Shown here piece after piece: positions 1 through 14,500 of a stretch of 64,000 nucleotides of DNA. Origin of the DNA: the human T2T-CHM13v2.0 reference genome, Homo sapiens; assembly GCF_009914755.1 (NCBI RefSeq), contig NC_060934.1. One strand, 5' to 3'. The stretch's first letter is position 1. Each line of letters starts with the position of its first letter. A program made the position numbers and the translations under genes. The notes under the pieces were generated by a model. It made no database searches, was not told the origin of the DNA, and worked only from the letters and a program-made list of their open reading frames with translations.

Positions 1-1964
1 CCTAGCCAAACATAACTTCTCCAAAGCCAACTTTTTCCACATGCTTTAGAGTAAGAAAGATAATATTTTTAGAGATGTTGAGAACTTTTAGGCTTTATCA
101 CTAAAACTGAATTCACCCAGTGAAGAGGAACCCTAAGGAAAATTTCAAACATAACGTCTTCCCAGTGAATTTCATCTTTACTCCTGAATCTGAGGCAATA
201 GGCTACTTTCTCCCTTATTAAACATAAAGAAAAATAATTACTTAATGAGAGAATATATAGCCATTCTCAATAAAAGCAACTGGGATTCCACAAACATTAC
301 TATGTCATGACTGAATGAATGAAGTGCTAAGATAAAGAGTTTAGAAAGAATGAAAAACCTAATTACTTATAGGAATCTGTGTGATTAAGTCTAGAAAAAT
401 AAAAGGAAGAAAAGTGCATTAGTCTAATGAGATGTAGACAAAATATTTAAAATTGGCTCAAAGTGTTTGGTTGAATTATCTTGAATAATAAAAGATTAAA
501 TTTCCTAGAAAATCTTTGTTCCAAAGTAAAATGATTTTCTGATTCATGCTTTTGAAACTTTATAAAGTGAAACAAAAGGGCATTTTCCTATTCTTTTTAG
601 TGTTGAAAAATGGTAACTGGGCCTCAGCAGAACTGAATTTGGGAACCTAAATGGCAAACCTAAAAATTCACTTAAAGAAGGTGAATTAGGAAACTTTGTT
701 CCTCATAACAGAGCTCCAGTGCTTGAGAACTAAAGCATAAAACTACTTTCTGTGAACTGTAGAGATAGATTTCTTTAAGATGTCTGACTCCTCCATTAGG
801 AACTAGTGATCCACATTTTTAAATAAGCAGGAGGTTCATGGATACAGATCCCATTTTTTGAGAAATGTTGACCTAAACAACACTTACCTGTTCTGTTGAT
901 GCAGAATGAAATCAGGTAAACTGCCCTAAGCTTCCTCAAGATCTACTCAAGCTCAGTTTATCCTGTTAGCCTATATCTATCTCTTTTTCTTTACACATTT
1001 TTTAAAAGCAATTTTCCCTAATTTCATATCCCATGATTTGGAGTCGATTGTCCACTCTCAATAAGAAGGTATTTCTCCTACAGCTCTAACTCTGGAACTG
1101 TTTTATGAAAGCTTGCAAACAGTTAGTAAGCATTACACTCACCTCTGAAAGATTTTTCCTACCTGTAATTTAATTTAGCTCCAAGCTATAGCACGTGAAT
1201 GCCCCTGCATTCTTTATATGACTCTTTACGTCAAGTCTCTACACACTGGATTATATGAAGATCCCCTATGATTCACACAGTCAATAAATAAATCAACAAA
1301 AATGTAGAAAGGAAGGAGGAGGATCCAGTTTTAGATAGTAAAGATCAGAAAGAATAGTCTACATACTTTATCAAAGCGTACTGCAATGAAAAGTGTAAGC
1401 ATGACTACTTTCAAATGCAGATTCCTAGCATGTTCATTTCCTTTGTTCTTCAAGTATTCATGGAATTAAAGAAACAGGAAACAATCAGTTATGTATATTA
1501 GTGCTTCCTTCACTGCACTAGGTCATCATAAGCTTCTGATGACCAAACAGAACTAAGACTAAAATGGCTGATGTTCCTAAAAACCTCCCAGTTGACCCAG
1601 ATAATAAGCTAGGATCAAAAATAACAACAGGCCAATGCAGCTTTTTTCTCTAAGAAATTCTGTTATTGCTGTTATTAGATTTACAGTTACATTGGGATGC
1701 TAAGATTTCTTGCTGTATTTTTATGGTAATTGCAGTTTTATATACATAATATCATCAACAGCTCATATATTCTGTGGGCTGGTTTTATGCTGGGTTGGAT
1801 TTAAATGCTCTTCAAGGAACTGTACTTTTTTGTCCCCATTTAAAAAGACTGTAGACAGGTCAGATAATAATAGCAATAACTCAGAAACCTGAAGATTAGA
1901 AAATTGAATAAGGCTGATTCTAAAAAGGCATGGAAATTTCATACCCATGCTATTTTGTTGGCTC

Positions 1965-2110
1965 ACTGAGTACATGATGGAGTAAAAAGAACATTGAAAC
2001 TAAAATCTGGGAACATCAGCTCTAATTTCAGCTATCACACTGTCCTTTAAGGTCACTGGCCTCCTTGGGCCTCAGTTGCCTCATGTGAAAAATGAGAGGT
2101 CTACTAGATT
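1965..2110 (+). mobile_element. MIR-family SINE fragment
   Basis: Degenerate MIR core 'ctccttgggcctcagttgcctcatgtgaaaaatgagagg'; boundaries approximate. Confidence 0.55.
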
Positions 2111-2397
2111 ATACATGGCACTTACTTTCATCTCTCACATCAATTACAATCAACTGATAATGGCTGGCTGAAGCACTGTGTTAAGAAGGATTATGAGGCT
2201 GATTCTGGACAAAAGTAGAGTGTCATGGGTGATTTGCTAAGTCTTCCATAAGGACATTGAGGAAATAGCTGTACATATGCAATATATTTTCCTTATTTGA
2301 CCCAAAGGACCACTAGGATTTCCTTTAGTTACAGTCTATAAAGCATATTTTACAATAAAATATCATAAGATCCTTTATACAAAATGTTTGGTCTTGT

Positions 2398-3243
2398 TGC
2401 TTCCTCCAGCCACCCAAGCTGCTGAAAGGAAAGAAGGCCAAGGCAGAGAAGGTGGTTCTAGTCCCTTATCATAAAGAAGCAGAAGGCCAACAAGGTGGTG
2501 AATCCCCTGTTTGAGAAAAGGTCTAAGAATTTTGGCATTGGACAGCACATCCATCTCAAAAGGAACCTCACTTGTTTTGTCAAAGGGCCCCACTGCATCT
2601 GGCTGCATCAGCAAAAAGCTATCCTCTATGAATGGCTGAAAGTGCCTCCTGCAATTAACCAGTTCATCTAGGCTTTGGACTGCCAAACAGCTACTCAAAT
2701 GCTGAAACTGACCCACAAGTACAGAGCAGAGACAAAGCAAGAGAAGAAGAAAGCTGCTGGCAAAGAAGATGTTCCCACTAAGATAACACCTGTCCTTTGA
2801 GCAAGGGTTAACACTGTCACCACCTTGGTAGAAAACAAGAAGGCTCAGATGGTAGTGACTGCACGTGATGTGGGTTCCATCAAGCTGATTGCTGAGGGCT
2901 CGCCCTGTATCCTAAGATGGGAGTTCCTTACTGCACTATCAAGAGAAGGCAAGCCTAAAAGACATCCAGTCCCCAGGAATACTTGTGCCACTGTGGCCTT
3001 CACACATGTTAACTCAGAAGACAAAGGAGTTCTGGCTGAGCTGGTGGAAGCTATCAGTACTAACTACAAGGTTAGATATAATGAGATCTGTCAGCACTGA
3101 GGAGGCAACATCCTGGGTCCAAAATCTGTGGCTTGCATTGCCAAGCTAGAAAAGGCAAAGACTAAAGAACTTGCCACTAACCTGGGTTAATGTACACTGT
3201 TGAGTTTTCTGTGCACAAAAACAATCCAAATTCTTTAAAAAAC
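2398..3243 (+). pseudogene. Processed pseudogene of 60S ribosomal protein L7a (RPL7A-like)
   Basis: Intronless and colinear with RPL7A: [50 protein letters not shown]. Start ATG is CTG at 2419-2421, TAA at 3188-3190, then the 3'UTR 'tgtacactgttgagttttctgt' and an A-rich tail. Many indels and stops. The specific RPL7AP number cannot be assigned. Confidence 0.95.
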
Positions 3244-3324
3244 AGCTTGGTTGTATAGATTATCTATAAAATGATTTCTATATTGAAAATCACTTAACTT
3301 CATGACACTGTTTCCTCAATAGTA

Positions 3325-3325
3325 T

Positions 3326-3356
<31 letters not shown>
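3325..3356. repeat. (CA)n microsatellite, interrupted
   Basis: tacacacacacacacacatatacacacacac. Confidence 0.9.
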
Positions 3357-4123
3357 TTGATGAGAAAAAAAAATCTACTGCCAGCCAGAGCCACTGTCAG
3401 TATGGGGTTTCCACATTCTCCCCATCTGTTTGAGTTTTCTCGTGGGACACCAGTTTCCTCCCGTATCCCAAAGATGTCCACATTAGATTAATTATTGTAT
3501 CTACAATGTCCAAGTTGGAGTGAGTGTGGGAGTGTGTGTATGAGTGAGGCTGCAATGGAATGGAGTCCTGTCAAGGGCTGGTTCCTGCCTTGCACCCTGA
3601 CCTGCCAGGATAGGCACCAGCCACCCACAACCCTGAACAGGAATAAGCAGGTTGGAAAATGAATGAATATAAATTATTGTAAAATAAATTTATTTTGACA
3701 CCAAACAGTGGGGTCCAAAAGTGCTCAGCAAGCCTGCCATATTTATTGTTTGTTTTTGAACTGTGTGGTGATAGGAGGTGCTCCTTATAATTCTCACTTT
3801 GCAAACATTTATTCCTTGATTCAACCCATCACCACTACAACCACTATCACTCACTGATTCACCAAAACTTGGGTAAATAATTATCTTACTTGTTTTTATT
3901 AATCTTTCTTGAATGTATGTTTGGCTCACATTTATTTCAATGTTTAATATTAAAAGTGTTTTGAGTCTTTACTTAGAAGTTTGATATTTCTATGACAAAC
4001 ATGCTGTAGGAGCTTACTGCTTGTTTATGTAAATTAGCCTAAGGTAAAGTTAGTTTTATTATATATCATTTTGCTTAAAGTTGTAGTCTCCAAGAACCTA
4101 TCGACAACGTTGAGAACTTACTG
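3354..4123. mobile_element. MER6 non-autonomous Tigger/pogo-group DNA transposon, left terminus missing
   Basis: Internal 'ggggtttccacattctccccatctg...tttcctcccgtatcccaaagatg' and terminal 'cttaaagttgtagtctccaagaacctatcgacaacgttgagaacttactg' match recalled MER6. Confidence 0.8.
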
Positions 4124-4137
4124 TGTGTAAATGTGTG

Positions 4138-6311
4138 TATATAACCTTGTTTTATTGTGCCTCACTTTATGGCACCTCACAAATAGTGTTTTTTTTTTTT
4201 TTTACAAATTGAAGGTTTGTGGCAAATCGGTGTCAACTGCTATTTTTCCAACACCATGTGCTCACTTCCTGTCTCTGTGTCACATTTTGGTAATTTCCAC
4301 AATATTTCAAACTTCTTCATTATTATTATATCTGTTACAATGATCTGTGATCTATGTTACCATCGTAATTGTTGTGGGGCACCATGAACAGCACCCATAA
4401 AAGAAAGTGAACTTAATTACTCAATGTTTTATGTGTTCTAGCTGCTCCAATAACCAGTTGTCCCCATCTCCTCCATCTCTCCTTCTCCTAGGGCTTTTTT
4501 ATTCCTTGAGATACAATGTTGAAATTAGGCCAATTAATAATCCTAAAATGACTCTAAGTGTTCAAATGAAAGAAACTGTAGCAGGTCTGTCACTTTCCAC
4601 CAAAAGCTAAACATTTCCTTAAGCCAAAACCTAACCCAGAGCAAGACCTACCTCTTTTCAATTCTATGAAGGCTCAGAGAAGTAAGGAAGCTTCAGAAGA
4701 AAAGTTGGAAGCTCGCAGAGGTTGGTTTATAAGATTTAGGGAAAGAAGTTTCCTTCATAACATAAAAGTTCAAGGTGAAGCAGCAGGTGCTGAGGGAGAA
4801 GCTGCAGCATATTATCCAGGAGATTAGCCCAGATAATTGATGAAAGTGGCTACACTAAACAACAGATTTTCAGTGTAGACAAAACACCCTTTTAGTAGAA
4901 GAAGATTCCATCTAGGACTTTCAGAGCTAGAGAGGAAAAGTCAATGCTTGGTTTCAAAGCTTCAAAAGACAGGTGGACTCTCTTGCTGGGGCTAATGCAG
5001 CTGATGACTCTTAAAGTCATCAACTTAATTGAAGCCAATGTTCATTTACCATCTGAAAATCCTAGGGCCCTTAAGAACTGTGATAAATCTACTCTGCCTG
5101 TGCTTTATAAATGTAACAAAGCCTAGATGACAGCACATTTGTTTATGGCATGGTATACTGAATATTTTAAGCTCACTGTGGAGACCTACTGCTCAGAAAA
5201 AAGATTCCTTTCAAAATATTACAGTTCTTTGACAATGCACCTGGTCACCCAAGAGCTCTGATAGAGATATACAAGGAAATAAATGGATTTTTCATGCTTG
5301 CTAACACAACATCCATTCTGTAGCCCATGGATCAAGGAGTAAATTCAACTTTCAAGCCTTATTATTTAATAAATACATTTCATAGGCTATACCTGTCATA
5401 GATAGTAATTCCTATGATGGACCTGAGCAAAGTAAATTAAAAACCTTCTAGAAAGAATTCACCATTCTAGATGCCATTAAGAGCATTCACGATTCATGAG
5501 AGGAGGTCAAAATCAGCATTAACAGGAGTTTGGAAGAAGTCAATTCCAACCTGCTTGAAAAACTGTGAGGGCTTCAAGACTTCAATGGCAGAAGTAACAG
5601 TAAATGTAAGAGAAATAGCAAGAGAACTGGAATTAGAAGTGAAGCCTGAAGATATGGGTAATTGCTGCAATCTCATGATAAAACTTGAATGGAGGAGTAG
5701 TTGCTTCTACTGGGTGTGCCAAGAAAGTAGTTTCTTGAGATGGAATCTACTCCTGGTGAAGATGCAGTGAACACTGTTTAAATGACAACAAAGGATTTGG
5801 AATATTACATAAACTTAGTTGATAAAGCAGTAGCCGGGTTTGAAAGGATTGACCACAATTTTGAAAGAAGTTATATTATGGGTAAAATGCTATCAAACAA
5901 CATCACATGCTATAGAGAAATTTTTCATTAAAGTAACAGCCAATTAATAGGTCTAACTTCATTGTGGCCTTATTTTTAAGAAATTGCCACAGCCACCCAA
6001 CATACGGCAACTATTACCCTGATCAATCAACAGCCATCAACATTGAGGTAAGACCCTTCACTAGCAGAAAGATCATGATCCACTGAAGGCTCAAATGATC
6101 ATTAGCATTTAGCAATAAAGTATTTTTAAATTAACATATGCACAGTGTTTTTGGATATAATGCAATTGCACACTTAATGGGCTACAGTATAGTATAAACA
6201 TAACTTTTATATGCACTGGGAAATCAAAAAATTTGAGCGACACTTTATTGCAATATTTGCTTTATTGCAGTAGTCTGAAATAAAACACACAATATCTCCA
6301 AGGTATGCCTC
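4138..6311 (+). mobile_element. Tigger1 DNA transposon, near full length with an internal deletion near 4610; dead transposase
   Basis: 5' 'ttacaaattgaaggtttgtggcaa', transposase fragment GFKASKDRWTLLLG (ORF 4944), right TIR 'aatatctccaaggtatgcctc' followed by TA. Confidence 0.92.
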
Positions 6312-6387
6312 TATATATAAAGAGAGGGAGACCTAGGAAAATACTTGAAATGTATTAATTAATTTGTTTCATCTTCAGGAGCCAGAT

Positions 6388-6810
6388 TGTGTTAGGCTAT
6401 TCTTGTACTGCTGTAAAGAAATACCCAAGGCTGGGTAATTTATAAAGAAAACAGGTTTAATTGGTTCACAGTTCTGCAGACTGTACAGGAAACATGGAGC
6501 TGGCATTTGCTTCTTGTGAGGGCTTCAGTGAGCTTACAGTCATGGCAGAAGGAAAGGGAAGCTGGCTTGTCACATGGTGACAGCATGAGCAAGGTGTGGG
6601 GGGAGGTGCCATATACTTTTAAACAATCAGATCTCACATGAACTCAAAGCAAGAACTCCCTCATCACTAAGGGGAGTACACCAAGCCATTTATGAGGGAC
6701 CGAGGGACCTGCCCCCATGATCCAAACACCTCCCACCAGGCCACAGTTTCAACACTGGGAATTACATTTCAACATGAAATGTGGAGGGGACAAACATCCA
6801 CACCATATCA
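6388..6810 (-). mobile_element. MaLR solo LTR (MSTA/MSTB-like)
   Basis: TG...CA ends, ~420 bp, 'ctgggtaatttataaagaaaacaggtttaattgg', 'attacatttcaacatgaaatgtggaggggacaaacatcc'; degenerate 5-bp TSD cagat/gagac. Confidence 0.9.
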
Positions 6811-9800
6811 GAGACCAATTCTTCTCTTTATTATACAAATGCCAATAAAGCCCAGGAGAGAAAATAACAGAAAAAAAAATTGTAGCTAATGGCAATCACT
6901 GATAAGGAATCATAAATGAGACTCAGAATATCTTAAAATAGTTGTGCAAATGACAGGAAAATCAAAACAACCTTCTTCCAGTAAATGTCTCATGAAGCAA
7001 TTGTGTATAAGCAAACTGCAGTAGCTTGCCTACAATAGCTAACAACATCATCTCACTTAAGATGGATGAGGTAAAAGACATTTCTGCCAATCTTGCTGTA
7101 GCCACCAAAAAGCAAAAAATATGTAACAGTCTTTTCGATGTCAACATTTCTTTGATGATATCTGTAAACATTTGTTTCCATGTAACAAGCAACCTATTCT
7201 TCAACCAATGAATACAGCATGAGATAAGAGTCATAAGACTTGAAGTTTGCTCCCCTCTTTCATGGAATCATTGGGGTCTTCATAACCCACCTAACCTCAG
7301 CTGCCTCAATAAATTATGAAAGTTGACCAATATTTCTCTTCTAGCTCATAAGAAAATGAATTGAAGTCTTGTAGAATGGAGAAGTGGCTGAGTTGCAAAA
7401 ATCCTTGGAGAGGCTCTAGACCAGGTACTGGTTGTCACCTTTACATGGCCATGGTGGGCTTCTTGCAATCACTCATTCTTCAGGATAAATTCTATCCCTG
7501 AGCAAAGAAAGCAAAATCTTGTCCTTATTAAGACTATATTTTTATTGTCTTTTTTTTCCAAAGTGGACATAAATCCTAGCTTACCTATTAGTAATGCACA
7601 CATAATCACATCAAGTTTGGGCAAAGCTAATGACTTATCCAATATCACATGGTGGTTCAATAAAGAAATTAAATATCACAATTCCCAGATCTTGTTCCAA
7701 CTAAATAATGGCAATACTGAAGCAAAATTAGGATATACACGATATATCCTAAGGATTATAGGCAAACTCAAAAGCCTACAATGTTTAGTTGTTGGAGTTA
7801 GAGTGACAATCAGAAATGTTAATGTTTATCCAACTCCGGTATTCCATAAAATATCCCAGTTTCATGTCAAATAAGTTATACCTACAATACTTTTTACTAC
7901 GGAGAACTAGAAAAATCTAAAATGAAAAGAGAACTAAATACAACATGTTTCTGATATATTATGCTCTAGGCAATGATCATGTTCCTAATTTACAAAGTCC
8001 ATGAAAAGAATACTCTTATGTTGAAATAGCTGTTATTAAAAGTGAGTGCTCTTACAGTGAAAATAGATCAGATGTAACATATCTCTAAGAAATTATTGTT
8101 GTTCTAGCCATTACTTTGTGAAGATGTGCTTTGTTTTGATTGATTTAGAAAATTGTAATAAATAAGAACTGTTCAGTTGGAATATGATGTTTATTCCTTA
8201 TGCCAATATACGACCAAAAATATTTTCTCACTTCAGCCTAGAAAGTGAGATGTGTATTATTTATCTCCAAATAAATGTGTAAAAAGATGTGTGCTTTCAG
8301 TTTTTCTTCTTTATCCCAAAATATTTAAATGCCTAATAAAATAATATTGTTCATTAATATATTAATTGTCCTGCTTATATTTTCAGTATCCAATTAGTCA
8401 TTTCAAGTATGAGATATAGAAAAGAATGCTTGGAATGTTTGCTATGGCTTTGTACAAATAAAATATAATACCTAACAAGGGCAGGAGGAAGGAGGAGGGA
8501 TTTATAAGTTTGCTTATTGTATTTTTAAAAGTCAAATTTCATTTAAAATTATGTTTAAATAATATTACCAGAATATTCCAAAATAAAAGTCAAAGGTAAG
8601 AAAAATAATGTTAAAATCTTCTCAAATTTATGAAGAAAAAAATGAAGTAAAAAATAAAAAATCTTGTGAAATTTATCTGGTCTTTCCTGAAGCTCTTTGG
8701 TATCTCCATAGACATGGTTTGAATGCAAAAAACTGCCCATGCAGTGTCTATGATAAGATTGCCTTTAACACACTCAGCATGCTAATATATCAGGTTCAAA
8801 AAATGATTTCATAATTGTTTTACTTAAGACTAACAGGCAAAGATTGTCCTGAATTTGCTGCTCTGCTGTGTTTTTGTAGGACCAAATCCCAGGTGCAGTT
8901 TGGCCTCTAAGAGGCATAATCTGCTCCAGGAAAGCCAATCAGGAAGTCTTCCTTTTAACTATGGCACAACCGTTCAGATTCACCTGCTACTGCTGTTTCC
9001 CCAGAACTTCTACTCTAATTGAATGTATCAAGTTGTTAAGCAATTTTACATAAGATGTGGCTTAAAATAAGTAGCTTTTTATATAGAATGAAATGTTCTG
9101 ATGAATATAGTATTACACTTTGAAAAGGAAGAAAAACATCTAGTGGATATTGTCATGTTTGATATTTCTTTTTGGTGTCAATGGAAACTGAATAGTACAT
9201 TTTTTTCAACTTTTACTACATATTAAAGGGATGGAGGAAGTAGAAGCGTAAACAGAGTAAACAGGGATGGCAAGACAAAGGAGTGTTAAGTCCTCGAGGA
9301 TTTTACAATCTAGTTATTGAAATAAGACATATAGGTTTTTATTTATTTTTTCAATTTTTAATTTTTGTGGGTACATAGTAGGTATAAATATTTATAGGGT
9401 ACATAAGGCATTTTGATACAGGCATGGAAAGCATAATAATCACATCACGGAGGATGGGGTATCAATTGTCTCAAGCATTTATCCTTTGTGTTACAATCAA
9501 ATTACACTTTTAGTTATTTCAGAATGTATAATTAAATTATTATTGACTATAGTCACTCTGTTGTGCTGTCAAATAGTAGGTCTTATTCATTCTTTCTACT
9601 TTTTTTTTGTACCCATTTACCATTTCCATCTCTGCGTCACCTCCCCACAACTACACTTCCCAGCCTCTGGTAACCACATTCTACTCTCCATCTACATGAG
9701 TTCAATTGTTTTGATTTTTAGATCCCACAAATAAGTGAGAACATGCAATGTTTGTCTTTCTGTGCCTTGCTTATTTCACTTAACTTAATGATCTCCAGTT

Positions 9801-10356
9801 CCATCCATGTGGTTCCAAATGACAGGATCTTATTCTTTTTTATGGCCAAATACTACTCCATTGTGTATATGTACCACATTTTCTTTATCCATTCATCTGT
9901 TGATGGACACTTAAGTTGCTTCCAAATTTTGTCTATTGTGAACAGTATTGCAACAAACATGGGAGTCCAGATATCTCTTCAATATATTGATTTCCTTTCT
10001 TTGGGGCATATACCTAGCAATGGGATTGCTGCATCATTTGGTAGCTCTATTTTTAGTTTTTGAGAAACCTCAAAACTGTTCTCTATAATGGTTGTACTAA
10101 TTTATAATCCCACCAAGAGTGTACAATGACTCCCTTTTCTCCATATCCTCATTAGCATTTGTTATTGCCTGTCTTTTGGGTATAAGCCATTTTAACTACG
10201 GTGAGATGATGTATAATTATAGTCTTGCTTTGCATTTTTCTGATGAGCAATGATATTTAGCACCTTCCATATGCCTTTTTGCCATTTATGTGTCTTTTTT
10301 TTGCCTCAAACTCCATCTATTCTGATATTAACATAGCTATTCCAGTTTTCTTTTGA

Positions 10357-10712
<356 letters not shown>

Positions 10713-11267
10713 TGTTGGTTGTATCTTTAGCTGAGTGAATGATTTGCAACTTGACGTGATCCCATTTGTCCTGTTTTGTTTTAGGTGCCTGTGCTTGTGG
10801 GGTGTTACTCAAGGAATCTTTGCCCACTCCAATGTCCTGGAGATTTTCTCCAACGTTTTCTGTAGTAGTTTCATAGTTTGAGATCTTAGATTTAAATATT
10901 CAATCCATTTTGATTTGATTTTTGTATATGGAAGAGATAGGGGTCTAGTTTCATTCTTCTGTACATGGATATCCAGTTTTCCCAGCAGCATTTATTGAAG
11001 AGACTGTCTTTTTTCGCCAATGTATGTTCTTGGCACCTTTGTCGAAAATGAGTTCACTGCAGGTGTGTGAATTAGTTTCTGGATTCTTTATTCTGTTCCA
11101 TTGGCCTGTGTGTCTGTTTTTATGCCAGTACCATGCAGTATTGGTTACTATAGCTCTGTAGTAAATTTGAAGTTAGGTAATATAATTTCTCCAGTTTTGT
11201 TTTGTTTTGTTTTTTTTCTTTTTTTGGATGGCTTTGGCTGTTCTGGCTCTTTCGTGGTTCCACATAA

Positions 11268-11562
<295 letters not shown>

Positions 11563-14500
11563 CATATAAATTTTAGGATAGTTTTTTTCTATTTCTGTGA
11601 AGAATGTCATTGGTGTTTTAATAGGGATTGCATTAAATATATAGATTACTTTAGGTTGTATGGACATTTTAACAATATTGATTTTTTCCAATCCATGAAC
11701 ATGGAATATCTTTCCATTTTTTGGTGTCTTCTTCTATTTCTTTCATGAGTGTTTTATAGTTTCCATTATAAAGATCTTTCACTTCTTTGGTTAAGTTAAT
11801 TTCTAGGTATTTAATTTTATTTGTGGCTATTGTAAATGGGATTCCATTTTAATATTTTTTCATATTGTTCACTGTTGGCATATAGAAATGCTACTGATTT
11901 TTGTATGTTGATTTTGCATCCTACAGCTTTACTGAATTTGTTTATCAGTTCTAACAGTTTTTTGGCAGAATATTTAGATTTTTCCAAATATAAGATGATA
12001 TAATCTGCAAACAAGCATAATTTCACTTCTTCCTTTCCAATTGGATGCTCTTTATTTTTTCTCTTGTCTGATTGCTCTATCTAGGACTTCCAGTACTATG
12101 TTGAATAACAGTGGTGGAAGTGAGCATCTTTGTGTGTTCCAGATCTTAGTGGAAAGGCTTTCAATTTTTTCTCCATTCTATATGACAGATCCCCAGCTAG
12201 TATAACACTACAGCTTTTATTATATTATATATTTTATATTTTATTATATTATATTAATTATATTTTATTTTATTATAGTATAATACTATAGCTTTTATTA
12301 TGTTGAAGTATGCTCATTCTATACCCAGGTTTTTTAGGGTTTTTATCATGAAAGGATGTTAAATTTTATGAAATGCTTTTTCAGCATCAATTTCAATTGA
12401 AATGAATGTATGATTTTTGTCCTTCATTCTGTTGATATGATATATCACATTGATTGTTTCATGTATGTTGAACCATCCTTGCATCCCAGGGATAAAATCC
12501 ACTTGTTCATGATGAATGACCTTTTTAATTAATTGTTGAATTTGGTTTGCTAGTATTTTGTTGAGGATTTTTGCATCAATATTCATCAGAGATATTGGCC
12601 TGTAGTTTTCTTTCTCTTTTTTTTTCTGATGTGTCTTTGTCTGGTTTTTGACATCAGGGTACCACTGGCCTCAAAGAGAGAGTTTGGAATTTTTCCCTCC
12701 TCCTCTATTTTTTGGAATATTTTTACTAGCATTGGTATTAGTTCTTCTTTAAATGTTTACTAGGATTCAGCAGTAAAGCCACTGGGTCTGGGCTTTTCTT
12801 TACTAGGAGACTTTTACTACAGCTTCAATCTTGTCACTTGGTATTGATCTGTTCAGGTTTTTTATTTCTTCATGGTTCAATCTTGATAGGTTGTATGTGT
12901 CTACGAATTTTTCCATTTCTTCTAGATTGTTTCACCTTATTAGCTTATAGTTGCTCATAGTAGCCACTAATGATCCTTTGAATTTCTGTGGTATCAGTTG
13001 TATGTCCCCCTTTTTCATATGTGATTTTATTTATTTGGATCTTCTCTCCTTTTTCTTACTCTGCCTAAAGGTTTGTCAATTTTGTTTAACTTTTTAAAAC
13101 ACCAACTTTTTGTTTCATTGATCTTTTATATTGTTTTCATTTCAATTTCATTTATTTCTGCTCTAATCTTTATTTATAGTTTCTTCTACTAATGTGGGGT
13201 TTGCATTTTCTCTCACTTTTCCAGTTCTTTAAAATTCCTCATTATGTTATTTATTTGAAGTTTTTTTTTCTTTTTTGATATAGACATTTATAGATATAAA
13301 CTTCCCTCCTGGTACTGATTTTACTGCATTCCACAGGTTTTGGTATGTTGTGTTTCCATTATCATTTGTTTCAAAAAATTTTTCAATTTCCTTCTTAATT
13401 TCTTCATTGACCCAGTGGTCATTCTAGAGCAGGTTGTTTAATTTCCTTTTATTTGTATAGTTTCCAAAATTCCTCCTGTTATTGGTTTGTAGTTTTATTT
13501 CTTGTGGTCAGAGAAGATGCTTGATATTTCAATTCTTTTGAATGTTTTAAGACTTGTTTTGTGACCTAACACATGGTCTATCCTTGAGAATAATCCACGT
13601 GCTGAAGGAAAGAATGTGTATTCATTGGATGACATGTTCTGTAAATATCTACTAGATCCATTTGGTTCATAGTGCAGATTAAGTCCAATGTTTCTTTGTT
13701 GATTTTCTGTCTGGTAGATCTGTTCAATGCTGAAAGTGGGGTGTTGAAGTCTCCAGCTATTATTAGGGGCCTCTCTCTTTAGCTCTAATAATATTTGCTT
13801 TATATATCTGGGCGCTTCAGTGTTGGGTGCATATATATTTAAAATTGTTATATCCTCTTGCTGGATTGATGCCTTTATCATTATATAGTGACTTTCTTTG
13901 TCTCTTCTTATTGTTTTCGCCTTGAAATCTATTTTGTCTGATATAAATGTATCTACTTCTGCTCTTTTTTAGTTTCCATTTGCATGGAATATCTTTTCCC
14001 ATCCCTTTATTTTTAGTCTATCTGTGTCTTTATAGGTGAAGTGTGTTTTTTGTAAGGCACAGATCAATGGGTCTTATTTTTTTATCCATTCAGCCACTCA
14101 ATGTCTTTCGATTGGAGAGTTTAGTCCATTTACATTCAATGTTATTATTGTTAAAAAAGGACTTACTCCTGCCATTTTGTTGTTTGTTTTCTGGTTGTTT
14201 TGTGGTCTTCTCTTCCTTCTTTCTTCCCTTCATGTCTCCCTTTGAATGAAGGTGTTTTCTCTGGTAATGTTTAGTTTCTTGTTTTTTTTATTTTCTGATT
14301 GTATCCATTGTATATTTTTGGTTTGAGGCTTCCATGAGGCTTGCAAATACTATCTTATAACCTATTATTTTAGCCTGATAACTACTTAAGTTGTTTGTAG
14401 AAAGAAAGAAACAAACAAAAAGAAAACTAATAAAAACTCTATACTTTGTTCCCTCACTTTTTAACTTTTTTGTTTCTATTTATACCTTATTGTACTATCT

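Noticed and set aside
1763-1903. Minus-strand exon after ttttctaatcttcag (VSELLLLLSDL...)
   Set aside because: No recognisable protein and no matching donor; such acceptors are common by chance in AT-rich DNA.
2375-2740. 121-aa minus-strand ORF
   Set aside because: Antisense shadow of the RPL7A pseudogene.
4944-5770. Tigger1 ORFs as a TIGD-like gene
   Set aside because: Fragmented by stops, frameshifts and an N-terminal deletion.
8893-8920. CTCF-like motif tggcctctaagaggcata
   Set aside because: Mismatch at a core position and wrong spacing of the upstream tgcag; cannot be supported without ChIP data.
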